64,000 nt of DNA. Origin: Paraspadella gotoi (taxonomy: Eukaryota; Animalia; Chaetognatha). This document shows positions 1-37,281 of the stretch, one piece after another. How positions within the stretch are numbered: the stretch's first letter is position 1; each line of letters begins with the position of its first letter. Where the stretch lies: assembly GCA_051294375.1 (NCBI GenBank), contig CM119264.1, positions 5,237,545-5,301,544 of the forward strand, in the 5' to 3' direction. The notes beneath the pieces were generated by a model, which worked only from the letters and a program-made list of their open reading frames with translations, was not told the DNA's origin and ran no database searches. The translations under genes were made by a program, and so were the position numbers.

Positions 1-3000
1 AGAAAGAAAGAAAGAAAGAAAGAAAGAAGGAAGGAAGGAAAGAACGAGGGGAGAAATGAATGAAGGAAGAAAGGAAGGCTTGCCGAGAAAAACTTAAGAA
101 AATATAAAAGTTAAGTGATAAAAATTATTACTAAAAATTTTAGGAAAAAGGAAGGTAATCTTTAGAATTTTATTGTGATGTTCCTTTAAAAAATAATAAA
201 TTATGTAGATATAAAAGTCACAACAAAAAGTCACAATAATCAAAAATTACCGTCGGACTCTCACAATGATATCTCATTCAACTTTCATGACTTCCGTGAA
301 TTCCGTATATGTGGGCGTGTGACGGACGAGGGAGAGAAGGGGGGCGGGGTTATAGCGACGACGCGCCAACCTCGAGGTGACGCAAAGTGCGTCACGTGAC
401 CCAGATCGCCGATTGCGTGACGCGAGACGGCTGGTCGGTGGTCGCGTGATCGGGAAGATGGATGATTGGCGATGGATGATCCGGTGGTCGCGTGTTCTCG
501 AAATAGCTGTTCTTTTGATTGCTGTGATCTGTGGTTAGAAAGTAAGAAGAAACGTGCGTAACTCAGAGAAGACAATCCGATGACAACGAATGACCGACTG
601 ACCTGACAGTGGATCGAATCCGTTTGATCAGAAATCCTGATGACGTCCGGAAGGAACCTAATAACTATCAGGCTGGCCTGATTGAAGGTCAGGCGAGCCC
701 AATCTGGCTTTGCGCTTGAACTCGGTCACCCCTTCGTCGTCGCCGTCGCCTTCGTCGTCGCCTTCNNNNNNNNNNTCGTCGTCGCCGTCGTCGTCGCCTT
801 CATCTTCTTTCTGCTTTTTGATTTTTTTGTTTCATTTTTCTTTCTTTTCTTTTAATCATTTTTTAAATTAAACATTTAAATTTTCCTCTACATAGTTATT
901 AGAAATCTCCTTTTCGCACATTTAGATATGACAATCTTTTTTAGAAAAGCTTCAAGCGAAAAGAAAAACGACGTTCCTGGGATAAAAAATAACTGGGGGA
1001 ACAGGAAATTTATCATTTTATCAATCCCCTTTGATTAATTATATTAACACTAAGAACAAGTATAACAAAAGACAAATGCAACGTCGACAACGGAGACGAA
1101 GTAAAAACATTTTGTTATAAATTATAGATTATAAACTTTAAAGTTGACTTAGATACAGTCTTTGATCGTCTAAAGTGATCCCTAGATACGAGACTGTCTG
1201 ATCCGTCCACTTCTTTATATTTTTAACAAACCAAAAAGGGCTGATTTTTAGTATCCCATCGAGTCCCGACGGCAGCTGAGACCGAAAAACACAAAAAAAG
1301 TTATTTTTCTTTCTCCGAGTATCAGATCTGAGAACCACTTGCACCGGCGGCTGCCGCGGCTGGCGCCGGCCGCTGCCGTCGGCCGCAGCGGCAGCACCTG
1401 CGACCGCATCGACCTCATCTTCGGCCCTGACCCCCCAGAGGAGAGGAGGAGGAGGGCAAAGGATGAGGAGGGGGCGGAGGTAGAGGGCAAAGGTCGAGGG
1501 GGANNNNNNNNNNNNNNNNNNNNNNNNNNNNNNNNNNNNNNNNNNNNNNNNNNNNNNNNNNNNNNNNNNNNNNNNNNNNNNNNNNNNNNNNNNNNNNNNN
1601 NNNNNNNNNNNNNNNNNNNNNNNNNNNNNNNNNNNNNNNNNNNNNNNNNNNNNNNNNNNNNNNNNNNNNNNNNNNNNNNNNNNNNNNNNNNNNNNNNNNN
1701 NNNNNNNNNNNNNNNNNNNNNNNNNNNNNNNNNCTTTCCTTTTTATTTTCCGTTTTAGCTCCAATCTGTTCCTTTCTCTCTTTTTTTCTTCTCTCTACTT
1801 TCCTTGTTTCCTCCTTAACTTTGGATTTTCCCTTTTTTTGGCTCCAATTTTCCGTTCAATTTTTTACTTCAAGTTGTCTTTTCCTTTCTTCCATTTTTCG
1901 CTCTCTTCTTCTCTTTCTCCTTTTCCTTTTCGCTCATTCTCAACCTCTTTCTTTCTCCCTTTTTCCTTTTCCTTTTCCCATTTCCTTTTTCATTCTTCTC
2001 TTTTACTTTTAATCTTTTCATTTTTATTCTCATACAGTTCTTTCTTCTATTCTTTTTTTTTTCCAACTTCCCTAAATTCGATTCTCTTTCGCCGCAATAA
2101 TTATGATCAGCAGCTGACTCTTTCTCCCTTTCTTCTCTCTCTTACCCATCCACTTAATTCTCTCCCTTTTCTTTATTGAATCACAAATTTTTTTGTTCTA
2201 CTCTGGATGGAGATTTTCAACATCGCTCACAAGCTTTTTCTCTCTTCAATCTTTTTATTTCCCCAGTTTNNNNNNNNNNTTCTCTCTTTATCTCTTCCCC
2301 ATCTCATATGTCTTTTCTTTCCCTCTCTTCTATTTTCTATTCCCTTCCNNNNNNNNNNNNNNNNNNNNNNNNNNNNNNNNNNNNNNNNNNNNNNNNNNNN
2401 NNNNNNNNNNNNNNNNNNNNNNNNNNNNNNNNNNNNNNNNNNNNNNNNNNNNNNNNNNNNNNNNNNNNNNNNNNNNNNNNNNNNNNNNNNNNNNNNNNNN
2501 NNNNNNNNNNNNNNNNNNNNNNNNNNNNNNNNNNNNNNNNNNNNNNNNNNNNNNNNNNNNNNNNNNNNNNNNNNNNNNNNNNNNNNNNNNNNNNNNNNNN
2601 NNNNNNNNNNNNNNNNNNNNNNNNNNNNNNNNNNNNNNNNNNNNNNNNNNNNNNNNNNNNNNNNNNNNNNNNNNNNNNNNNNNNNNNNNNNNNNNNNNNN
2701 NNNNNNNNNNNNNNNNNNNNNNNNNNNNNNNNNNNNNNNNNNNNNNNNNNNNNNNNNNNNNNNNNNNNNNNNNNNNNNNNNNNNNNNNNNNNNNNNNNNN
2801 NNNNNNNNNNNNNNNNNNNNNNNNNNNNNNNNNNNNNNNNNNNNNNNNNNNNNNNNNNNNNNNNNNNNNNNNNNNNNNNNNNNNNNNNNNNNNNNNNNNN
2901 NNNNNNNNNNNNNNNNNNNNNNNNNNNNNNNNNNNNNNNNNNNNNNNNNNNNNNNNNNNNNNNNNNNNNNNNNNCTCCGGCTGAGGGGACGGCTGAGTGC

Positions 3001-3639
3001 GTGAGCTTGTTTCTCCGCCCGCTACTTTTGTGGTTTTTTGCGATGAGGTTGACAGTAATTCTCTCAACCCTTTTGTTCCGCCCCCTTGATCTAGTTCACC
3101 GTCTCTCGCCCTTTCCTAACCCCTTTCCTCTATCGATCTCTCTCCTCTTTCTACCCCTCTCCCCTCAAAGCGACCAGATGGAGTCGACTTGACCCAAAAG
3201 CGAAAAATGAAAATCGACTCCAAAGACCAGCGCCTTTTAAACCGCATTCCCTCTTAATTGTTTTTGCTTTCTTCTCGCTTTTCTAAGTTCCAAGTTCCAA
3301 GTTCTACATTTGATTCTCTTTTTTAACAACATTTAACTTTTCCTTTCTTACTGCTCCTTACAACCTCTTACAAACCCTCACTTATTGGCTTCTTCGCTTT
3401 TTACTTTAGCCTGTCCCCTTGCTCCCCAATTTTTCCCCAAGTTTTTGCCATTTTCAATTTCTGTTCTCTATTGTGGTCTTCTTACGTTTCTCTTCTTTTC
3501 CATCTTCCTGTATTCGATCGCTTTCTCTCTCTACTTCTTGACCTTACTCCGTGCCCTCTTCCCATTCTTTTCCTTCGTTTGCCTTCCCTTTCCTCCCCTT
3601 CCTCCTTCCTCCCTTTCGTCCTCCTATCCTCCTCCCTAC

Positions 3640-4062
3640 TCCTAACTGCCGCCTTCTCCCTGGCCAGACTTGCACCGTCTCTCGAAACCAAAGCCGGACG
3701 GGCTGAAGCCGTCATAACCGGGACCTCTTGCGTCGTGGTCCGCTGCCAGTCTCGGGGCGGGCACCTCGGCCTAATCCGTCCCTTACCCCAACTTGTCGGA
3801 CTGTCTACTCCCTTACTGTACCTTAACCATCTATATCTCCAAGTTGCTCCCTGCCTGTTCATTTCTCAGGTTAACTACTTTCCATTCGCCGTTGTTCTTA
3901 TCCTCCCAGTTTCATGTCTTAGCCTCACCCACGACACATTCCTGCAGCCACTCACACCACGTTTTTCCCCATCCTTTTCCCAGAGTCCACTTATGCCGCC
4001 TTTTTGAAAACGAGAGCTTGTTGCCTTGCTCTCTTCGTCTATCTTCTCTCTTCTCTCTCTCT

Positions 4063-4100
<38 letters not shown>

Positions 4101-4479
4101 TCTCTCTCTGCGTCGTGCNNNNNNNNNNNNNNNNNNNNNNNNNTTCCCCCCCTCTTCTCCCTGGGCCAGACTTGCACCGTCTCTCGAAATCCAAAGCCGG
4201 ACGGGCGAAACCGTCATAACCGGGACCTTTGGCCGTCGTGGTCCGCCCAGTCGTCGGGGCGGGACCCGCCTAATCCGTCCCTTTACCAACTTCGGACTTC
4301 TACCTTACTGATTAACCATATATCTCCAAGTTCTCCCTCCCTTATTTCTCAGTTACTACTTTCCATTTCGCCCGTTGTTACTTACCTCCCATTTAGCTTA
4401 CCCACGACAACATCTCAGCCACTCAACCCACTTCCCCTCCTTTTCCCGAGTCCACATCCGCCTGAAACGAGAGCTTGTG

Positions 4480-4500
<21 letters not shown>
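3640..4500. repeat. Near-tandem duplication across an N gap (~3645-4030 vs ~4148-4490)
   Basis: Both copies run from TTCTCCCTGGCCAGACTTGCACCGTCTCTCGAAA to GAAACGAGAGCTTG and differ mainly by indels. Confidence 0.85.
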
Positions 4501-4527
<27 letters not shown>

Positions 4528-4638
4528 TCTCTCTTCTCTCTCTCTCTCTCTCTCTCTCTCCCAATTCTTTCTCTCTTCTCCCTTGGTCCCTGTTGGTAAA
4601 TAAAGAACTTAGGCGGAACTCGTGGTAGAGAGAGGAGA

Positions 4639-4702
<64 letters not shown>

Positions 4703-4808
4703 CAGTGCGGCTACGAACCGTAGACGTCCCCGGGGTCAAGGGCTGGAGTAGCCCGTGTCATGACGGGCACCCGAATTCTGGACGGCAGAAAAAAAGTTTT
4801 CTCTCTCC

Positions 4809-4842
<34 letters not shown>

Positions 4843-5486
4843 CTCTCTCTTCTCTCTCTCCTCTCCTCTTCTCTCTCTCTCTCTCTGTTCTCCCCATTCT
4901 CTCTTCAGCCTTTTCTTTTCTCTCTTGTTTTTCGGTCTCGTTTTTTTGTCCCATCGTGGACGTCCCTCGTCCCAAGTCTGAAGTAATCTCTTTCTTCGCT
5001 TTTCTAGGTTTGGAAAACTAATTTTGGTCCAATTTCTTTTTATTATCTTTCATTTCTCAATCGTTCCCGTTTCCTGTTTTTGTTAATCATTATGCGAATC
5101 ATCATGGTTCTGAGTCCGCCTCCACTCTCTCCTTCCGGGCCTTGATTCAGGGAAGCGAGAGACGAGAAGAAATTGGAAAGATTGGGGGAGGAAGCCGGGA
5201 GGAACGGAGGAAACTTTCATAAATTGATTTTTTCAAGTCGGCCGTGACTTTTCGTCGGGCCTCCGGTCCTTCGTCAACGTCTTCGCCGTGGTCGTCGTCG
5301 TCGTGTCGTCGTCGTCCTTTTTCCTTCTCTTCGTCGTCGTTTGTTTTTCCGCGTCTTCTCTTTGTTCCGACACAAAATATCTTTCCACCAACGATAGACG
5401 CTTTTCAATTCTTGTTGTTTCAAAAAACCATTTTGGTTTCGAACTGGAAGCCTCTTCTTTTTTTTTCTTTTTTTGTCGAAAAGGAA

Positions 5487-29482
<23,996 letters not shown>

Positions 29483-29999
29483 CCGACGCCGGGGAGAGGC
29501 CGTCTTAGAGTTATCGTCGGCCATTCGCCGGATAACGGCTCGCGTGAATTTTCTTTCTCCCGCCTCCGTTTCACTTTTTCGCTGTCAAGCTAATGCGTCG
29601 CACGAGGAGAGGAGCCTTCGAGCTCAGGGCGGGGCTCCATACGAAATAAATAATATTAGTTATTACCTCTTCCAATCACTGGGGGTTTTCTTAAAATAAG
29701 TACTAACCAAAACAAAAACCAGTTTCTGGAAAACATTGTCTTTAAAACAGTAAAAATAAATTCAAAATTCAAATCTGAAAATAATTTAAGTCAGATCAGT
29801 AGAGTCCCTATGGGAGAAATTCTGACCCGACAGCGAAAATAAGCAAAATAAGGGAAAAACTATTATTTCTTTTTTCGGCCGAAGCCTCTGTAAAAATAAT
29901 TCGTTATGCATACAAATAAAATGAAAAATATACACAAAGAGTAAGTTCTTTGGAGGATAGTTCGTTTTATTCTTTCCCCCCAACCCCCCTATTAATCAA

Positions 30000-32900
30000 A
30001 ACGATGTTTTAAAAAATCCGATCGCGTCGAAATTTTGTCAATTCGCCTCCTGACGCGCGGGGGGAGGGGCCGGCGTACGAAGTCGTTGCTAGGCACTCCT
30101 TTCTGATAAACGCCGGGGCCTCCACATGCTCGTACAAAGCTTGGTTTCGTTCAGCAAGAAGAGCGAGTAGGCCGACCTCTGAAAAGATCCAATTGTGATA
30201 AGATGTCGTCTGACGTTAAAGAGAGGATGTTAATTCTCGGCGTCGAGGCCGAGAATGATGGGAAATTGCTCATGATCGGATGCTCACCCTCACGGAGGAC
30301 AGCCGTTGAAAGCTCTTTCCCCCACGAAGTCCGACGGAAGGAGACAACTAACGAAGAGGCAGAGAATTCTCCAGCTCAACCGCCGATGCGACCGACTCGA
30401 AATAAACAATGAGAAAAAAGTTTCAATCTTAAACCGAAATATTTTTTACATTTAGCGAAAGAGGCGTTCAGCTGTATTAGATCGAGGGATGCTTCTTGCC
30501 GCAGATCACGTTGAAAACTAAAAAAGTTTATACGACGCGACGACATGACGATCCCAGCAATCCCACGAGCACGGAGAACATGGGCGGAGAAACGGGACAC
30601 ACATCGAAGAGAGGACGGAGTCACACCCGCTACAAAGACCCGGATGTTCTTTGGTTTTAGACGCTGTAATTGGCCACGTCGATCCCAATATCCAAAGAGT
30701 GATTCAGCCAGCCCATCATGGACATTAATCGCATACTCACCAATTTTCCCCGTTATCATATATAATATATTACCTTCGTCCACCGAAACGATCCATGAAT
30801 TTAGTAATTCGATATTGAAAAACGAGAAAAAACAGCGATTTTTTTTAACTCGATATTTACTATATCTTGACGATGAGACGAAAAATCGCCAATTAATAAA
30901 ATATGATCGAATTTTAAACATGAATTCTAATCTCGAACGGTGAGACGAATAGGCGACATTATGGATAATAATTTTACCTAGACTAAACTTTGACGCGACG
31001 TAAAATAACGACGCCAGCAGGCAATCTCGCGCGAGGAGGCATCCAGAAGAGAAGAACATCTCCGGCGTCGTCTCTGGTAGGCTCTGTAATCGTCTGATCT
31101 CAGAGATAACACATCTTCGATGGAAGAAAATTACATTGCATCCATCCACCATCGGACCCGTTAAACGTATCGTCGACTCAAATTCGCTCCAACAGCGAAG
31201 CCACCTGCACGTTGAAGGACACCCGCTATCGGCTGATGGCACCGGAAAATATCGGCGTCCGAAATCTGTCGCCTGAAACACTCAACTGGGCTGAGCTGCC
31301 AACGATTTGTCACAGCTTCATTATGTTCTTGATCACCGAAAGGTCTATGGTTTGTCAACATGAATTTCCTGGCGGCGCTCATTGCTGACCCCATGGCCGA
31401 TCGTCTGATCTGGTCCGTCATTCTTGTAGAGAAGGATAACTTTCAAACCTTCCCATGAGTGGCTTGTTTAGCGGCAATTAGATCCTCGGCCTCCAAACGA
31501 GAATGAATAAAAAAGAGAGAAATCTTTTCTCCGCGCTGGCGATGCGTCGCCACCCAACACGCAAGAACGTCGACCCGGCGAGGACATATCCTGATGGAAA
31601 ACCTTCGTCAAGCCGAAGAAATTCTTCAATTTACCACCTTTGGTCTAGGGAGGTAAATAGACTCAGAAGCCGAGAATAAAATATTTAACGAGACTAAGCT
31701 GAAATTTTCACATCCACTTTGTAAAAAATGGATATTTTTAAAACCAAAAAAAACGCAATATCTCCATAATCCAAATAAAACAAAGCTGAACACCTGTCGT
31801 TGCTCAGACGACGATGCCGATTGGCGGCCGCAGGGCAGAAACGCCCTCTGCTCGATCGACTAAACAGCAAAGTTCACGTAGCTAACGGCGCCGGTCCTGA
31901 CCCATTCTGGCCGGCGGCTCAGACTGATTTTCTCCCCGCTGCTCGTCGTGTTGAATTTGCTTGAAGATACTTGAAATCCCAATTCCTCGACGGGCTCAAT
32001 CCGTCAGTGGAGAAGCGGATGGGATTTTTCAGCAAAAGCAGCGCTCCTTTGATGGGCAAATTTTTTCGACATCGATGACGCGCTTCACGCAAGCAGTTTT
32101 GAAGCAGCGAGGCCTGAGAGACCACGAGTTTTTCCAAGAGAGTCTGCGGCCACAGACGTTGAAACTTTCGCAGCTCATGCAATAGTGGGCGTTTAGTGAA
32201 GCAATGGAATAAAAGTTTTCGATCCCCGGCGTGGACCGGAGACTCTGAAGACGGCGTATCGCGCCTGGTTGATGCAGAAGGCTGCGGCGGGCCACACGGA
32301 ACCTTCTTCTTTCTTCGCGATGTACCCGCGGCTGATAGCGGCGAAGAGGACCCTCGCCGCCATTCTTCGAACTTTGCTCGTCGCCATGCTGGATTCCTTT
32401 CGCATTTTTTCGGCCGGTGGTCCTGAAATCGGATGAACGGTAATCTTGTTTTATGGCAAGAAAAGAGACAAGAATCACAAAAAGAGAGATCGTCGTCCAA
32501 TTCATGACTTTCATGCTCTAAAATACACTTTTTCGCAACCACTTATCTGAAGGTGTGGCATCGGCGTTTGGAGAGCGCAAAATCCCAATAGAACGGCCGC
32601 ACGTCGCGCAGGTCTGCGAGTCGGTCCGTCTCCTTCGCTGAGGTCGTATCACCTGCTGCGCAAAGTGGGATCAGTATAGACCATGAGACACCGCTGAATC
32701 CATTTCGATTCGAGCTTTGGACCGCCGAGGATCTGTTCAAAGTCGTTCATTTTCGAGTCCGCCGCCGTCTCGCTTCAATTCCCCACTTTCTCTTGGAACG
32801 CCAAAGGGCGTCACTAAGAAGCCGGTAGCGTCTAACCGAGATACCTATCGATCGATGGAGTACCATTGGGAAGTACACCGTCGAACCCATGAGGAAGCTC

Positions 32901-35900
32901 CTTTCAACTTCAATGTGGATCCGTGCGCGCTCCAACACGCGCCACGCTGACGTTAAATCGCGAGTTATGAAGTCTAAGGTCTCGTCGACCTTGACGCTTG
33001 GCGCTGCCTGCTGAAGCATTTGGTAGGCCGAGCGTTTGAGCTTGAATCTCCAAAAAACCCGCGGCCAATTGCAGTGGGGGCCCGGCAGGCGGACGAAGGC
33101 TGCCTCGAACGGGACCGCATCAGAGGATGACGACCGTTTGATGCCCTTGAGGCGACAGAGACGTTCATTACGGCATCAGTCGGCGAAACGTCCTTTCGAA
33201 TAACGCCCGGCGTTTTCGGCGTTCAACGCCGCAGCGGGCAGGAACGCCGGCAGGCGTGGTAAGGCGTGGACTGGGGGAGGATTCTTATCTCCCCTCGTTC
33301 TCCGACGCCTCACGACGCAATCCATCATTGAAGAGGTCCCGGGTATTGCTCGTTCGCCGCAAAACTCCATTGAAATATCTGAACTCGGAATCTTGGGCGG
33401 ATCAAGCGGCGGGCGGAAAGCCAATCGGCTTTCCGTTCCAAACGCCACCGCCTCCTCGCATTCGCAGGTTCCGGTTCCGGCGGATGAATGCAACGTGTCG
33501 TCGAGAATATGGACGCCGACCTTCGTTGAAGAAACGTGACGGCGATTCATGGCAGTGGAATCGTCATGATCAATTCGACCGAGAGAGATGGACACTTGAG
33601 GAAGGAGGTTGAATCAGACTTGTTGGTAGTAGAGGGCTCAATGACGGGGGGGAGGATGACTGTAGCCGACGAGCGCGAACACTCGGCGCTGGACGCGATG
33701 TTTGTATGAAGGGCGTATGAACGTTGATACAGGTCTCTCTCACTTCCCAAGAACTCGTATTAACCGGCCCTCTGCAATCACTTCTTCTCTTCAATCTATC
33801 CATTCTCGTCCTACTTTGCGTTTCGGCGGCAGCGCAGCACACACGTCGTAGTCCGCCGATTTGCACCACAACTCTCTCAATCTATTCGACACTCCATGAT
33901 AGATTCGAAACTGGACAAAAATCCTGCGCACTTCCATCGACGACTCAATTTTTGTAATAATTCGTAGTTTTATTAGTTACATTCCATGCCGACGCGAGAC
34001 GCTTCATCAATAATCGAGCTAACCTTTTGAATCCCTCGTTGGCGACAAGATTGATGTTTGATTGAAACTCTGTTCTCTCGTCGATCCAGATGTAATTGGC
34101 GACGCCGTCCTGGAGATGCCGCAGCGGGCCGTACTGCGATTGCTGAGCAAGCGCCAAACCCAGGCTGGCAACTCCTGCTAACGATCCACATCTTCGTCGT
34201 CGATAGTTGTGCTGCCGATCAATCCGTCAACGCCGAAACGGGCGTCAAACGGGAAACATGGACGGGATCGGTTGCCAGCGGAAGATTCGAAGTCATCTTC
34301 AAAAAGAGTCTGGTGAGAAAGTTAAGGTGGACGACTAATAGGTCGGAGTTTGGTACGCAGCGCGTAGTCCGTCGTCGGATGGTTTGCAGCTGAAGGACAG
34401 GTTTTTCGCTGTTCAGTCCCGACCTTCCTTCTGCGCCTCATCGTTCATCCGTGGCTGCGGCGGATACGGAGCGGTCCTGTCGATCCTATGAAACTTATCA
34501 AACCCGATAAGAATACACGTGTCCGACATAGAATCTGGCCCGCGAACGAGCTGGCGGCATGCCCCGAGGAATTGTTGCCTGAGACGATCGAGGAACCCCT
34601 TCCCGACAAAAGTTCCAAGCCGTCGTCCATTCCATTGCTAAATCTCATCGTGGAACGAATGATTTCACAAGTTGCCTTAGAAGAGTGAATCTATCTCGCG
34701 TTGCCTCCGCGATGGTTTACTATCGTCGGGGCGGCCTTGGCGCGATCGTACGAAATCGCTAGCAGCTCCACCACCAGAGACCAGAACGACTGACAGATAG
34801 ACACTGTACAGTCGACGTTGAGAGGTTCTGAAAGGAATGAAACGTTGCAATTCACTGAAGGCGTCTGACTCGTCAGGAAAAAGAGTCATGTCCGCCGTGT
34901 AAAGAAAGGAGTTGTCGGATAATTCTCTGGATGGACCAAAGTTGGGGAGGTATCAGCACAGGCCGTCCTTGAAGTCGAGTCGATGACTTACTCTTTATCA
35001 GCCGCACTAGCGCGAGCTGAAATCTCGTCTTACAAACGAGCGGTGCGAAGTCGCACAAAGAGATCGCCAGAAAGGGGAGTTTCCTTGTATAAGGTCTTTC
35101 GGCACTCGAGGCTTCTCGACGTATTTATCTTGATTGCTGAGGGCGCTTATATCCTTCCGTTCCTATTCGATGTTTTCGCCCGGTCGTGATGAAGCATAAA
35201 AAGACTGCGTTGAAAGTTCGACAGGAAGAGCTTCGGCAGTGTAAGATTCGGTAGGCAGCCGACTAACGCAAAGACGAAGAAATAAAAACAAGTCCGAAAC
35301 CGGACTTCATATCTCAACTCCAGTTTGCGAGATAGTGAGAGCGGACAGTTATGCACATAACCATACGACGTGTTCCAAAATGAACCGACCGAAACGGCGT
35401 CGTCGCTAAAGTCGGGATCCTAATCGCAATGAAAGCAGTCCGAAGGCGCCGCCGGAGTCCTTACGTGCCGTCGGGAAGGCGATTGCAAGGCCTTCGACTG
35501 ATGGAACACGTCGATCCGTTCGACCCTGAGATCGACGCAGGATGGATCGATTCCTTTCCGGTGGAATCCGCAAAACTCCGCCGAGGATTAGCAGAGACGT
35601 TCGACGAAGCCTTTGAGCAGGTGATCCGCAAACGAAGACTTCTAATGTTTTGAAACTAGAGTTCGGCACGAAGTGGCACGTCTTGAATCCGTAACTGACT
35701 GGAACTAATTTCTCGCACATTGAAGACCACAAAATGAAATCGGTTATAGAAAATGGCGCAGAAGAGACGATGGCGCCGTCCAGAACGCCCTGGAGATGCT
35801 GACGACAAAAGTCTTCAGTAGAACGACGTCGGCTAAGGCCCGAAATGAAACGACTGTCCACTAAAGCCCAGGACTTGAGAAATGTCTGTAGTAATCTGAT

Positions 35901-36470
35901 GCCTGTTGAAGGATTAAAGAAGGCCCTATGGGGCAAAAGAATTAAAAAACATTTAGTGACAAAAAGAACTCAGCAAAAATATATATAAATCATTTTAAGT
36001 GTCCTTTCATTTTACTTGTTTCTGAAGCCCACATAATATACAAAAATAGAGATGCTTCTCGTTCATAGCAAAAGTCCACACAAAAAACCCAGCGATCACG
36101 GACAAAAAATAAAGATTCCGAGATATTCTGATAAAGAGTTTCTAATGCTCTGAAAAGAAACTAAAAACCCAGTGACAACGTTGAGACTGAAGATAAATTG
36201 TCCGGACGTGGCTGAACGAAATTGCGATTAAATCTTAATCGAATAACTAATACGGAAATATCACCCGGGCACAATCATGAAAATCAGCCTGTACACTGCC
36301 TTCGGAATTCTGTACCTTACGTCCACTAAACAAAAGAAAGAGCCTAAAGATGTCGTGTCGATCGCTAGAAGGAAGCAATTTCGATGTCAGTAATAAAGAA
36401 CAAAAGAGCAACGGGGAAAAGGTGAGGAGAAGGCTGGATTCCTCGCAATATTAGAGATAGTTATTTCGTA
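30000..36470 (-). mobile_element. Non-LTR retrotransposon (LINE; ORF1 + APE endonuclease/reverse transcriptase ORF2), heavily frameshifted; ends approximate
   Basis: Collinear minus-strand motif remnants: CCHC-like ORF1 knuckle (~34355-34405), APE start LASAWNV (~33977-34000), RIDH (~33570), linker RRRWRLERKADW (~33421-33457), RT ELRKFQRLWPQTLLEKL resembling DLxKAFDxVxxxxLxxKL (~32128-32178), FADD-like remnant (~31603-31618), GLKV (~31445), VECFR (~31280), KIIIHNVAYSS resembling KxxIxPxLxY (~30945-30975). Confidence 0.65.
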
Positions 36471-36474
36471 CATC

Positions 36475-37213
36475 TTCTTAAAAAACCAACCTTGTTATTA
36501 CATCACTCTATCACCCTGCCATATTAACCACATCATTTATTCACCCATCTTCTATCACCCTTCATTCTTTCATCCATCATTTCGACAGGAAATCGAGTTC
36601 CAACGACGGCGTTTAGATGTTGATTTCGCCGGATCTCTCCGGGATTTCATTTACCTGTCCGTCGTCGTCGTCGTCGTCGAGTCGAGATCTCCGCTGCGTC
36701 GTCGTCGTCTCATCTGGTGCGGGAAACGTCTTCTTGTCGATGTTTATTGTCACTTCATTAAATTCCTCTCGTCACCGGTCATTTTTGTTATTAATAGTTG
36801 CCATAAATGACGTCGTCATATAGTCGCCCATCCAATTCGTTCATCATCCATCATCATTATTATCTTCGCGCTTCATCTCAACTGAGTTCACGTCATGTAT
36901 TCATACCTGAAGCCTCGTTGTCATCAGCGAAACGTCATCTTTGTCGTCGCAAATGACATAAATCAAATTTTAAATTACTGTCGTCGTCTGTTGTCATCAT
37001 TGTCATGGTTACTATCTATTATCACCATCTCGGTGTCGGTCGTCAATTAATAACAATCACTCAATTATCGTCGTCGCGTCGTCGTCGTCGTCGTCCGTTG
37101 TCTCTCTTCTAATTCCCTCTATCACATCTCGATTCCCTTTTTTTTTTTGCTTCCATAATTAATTTTTTGTTTTCTCATTCCTTGGTCAATATATTCTCTC
37201 TCTCTCTCTTACT

Positions 37214-37281
<68 letters not shown>

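Noticed and set aside
30203-35653. Plus-strand ORFs within the 30-36 kb block
   Set aside because: Antisense shadows of the minus-strand LINE; no recognisable motifs.
35590-35660. Retroviral aspartic protease (LEVFVCGSPAQ)
   Set aside because: No D-[ST]-G triad, and the surrounding motif order fits a non-LTR element.
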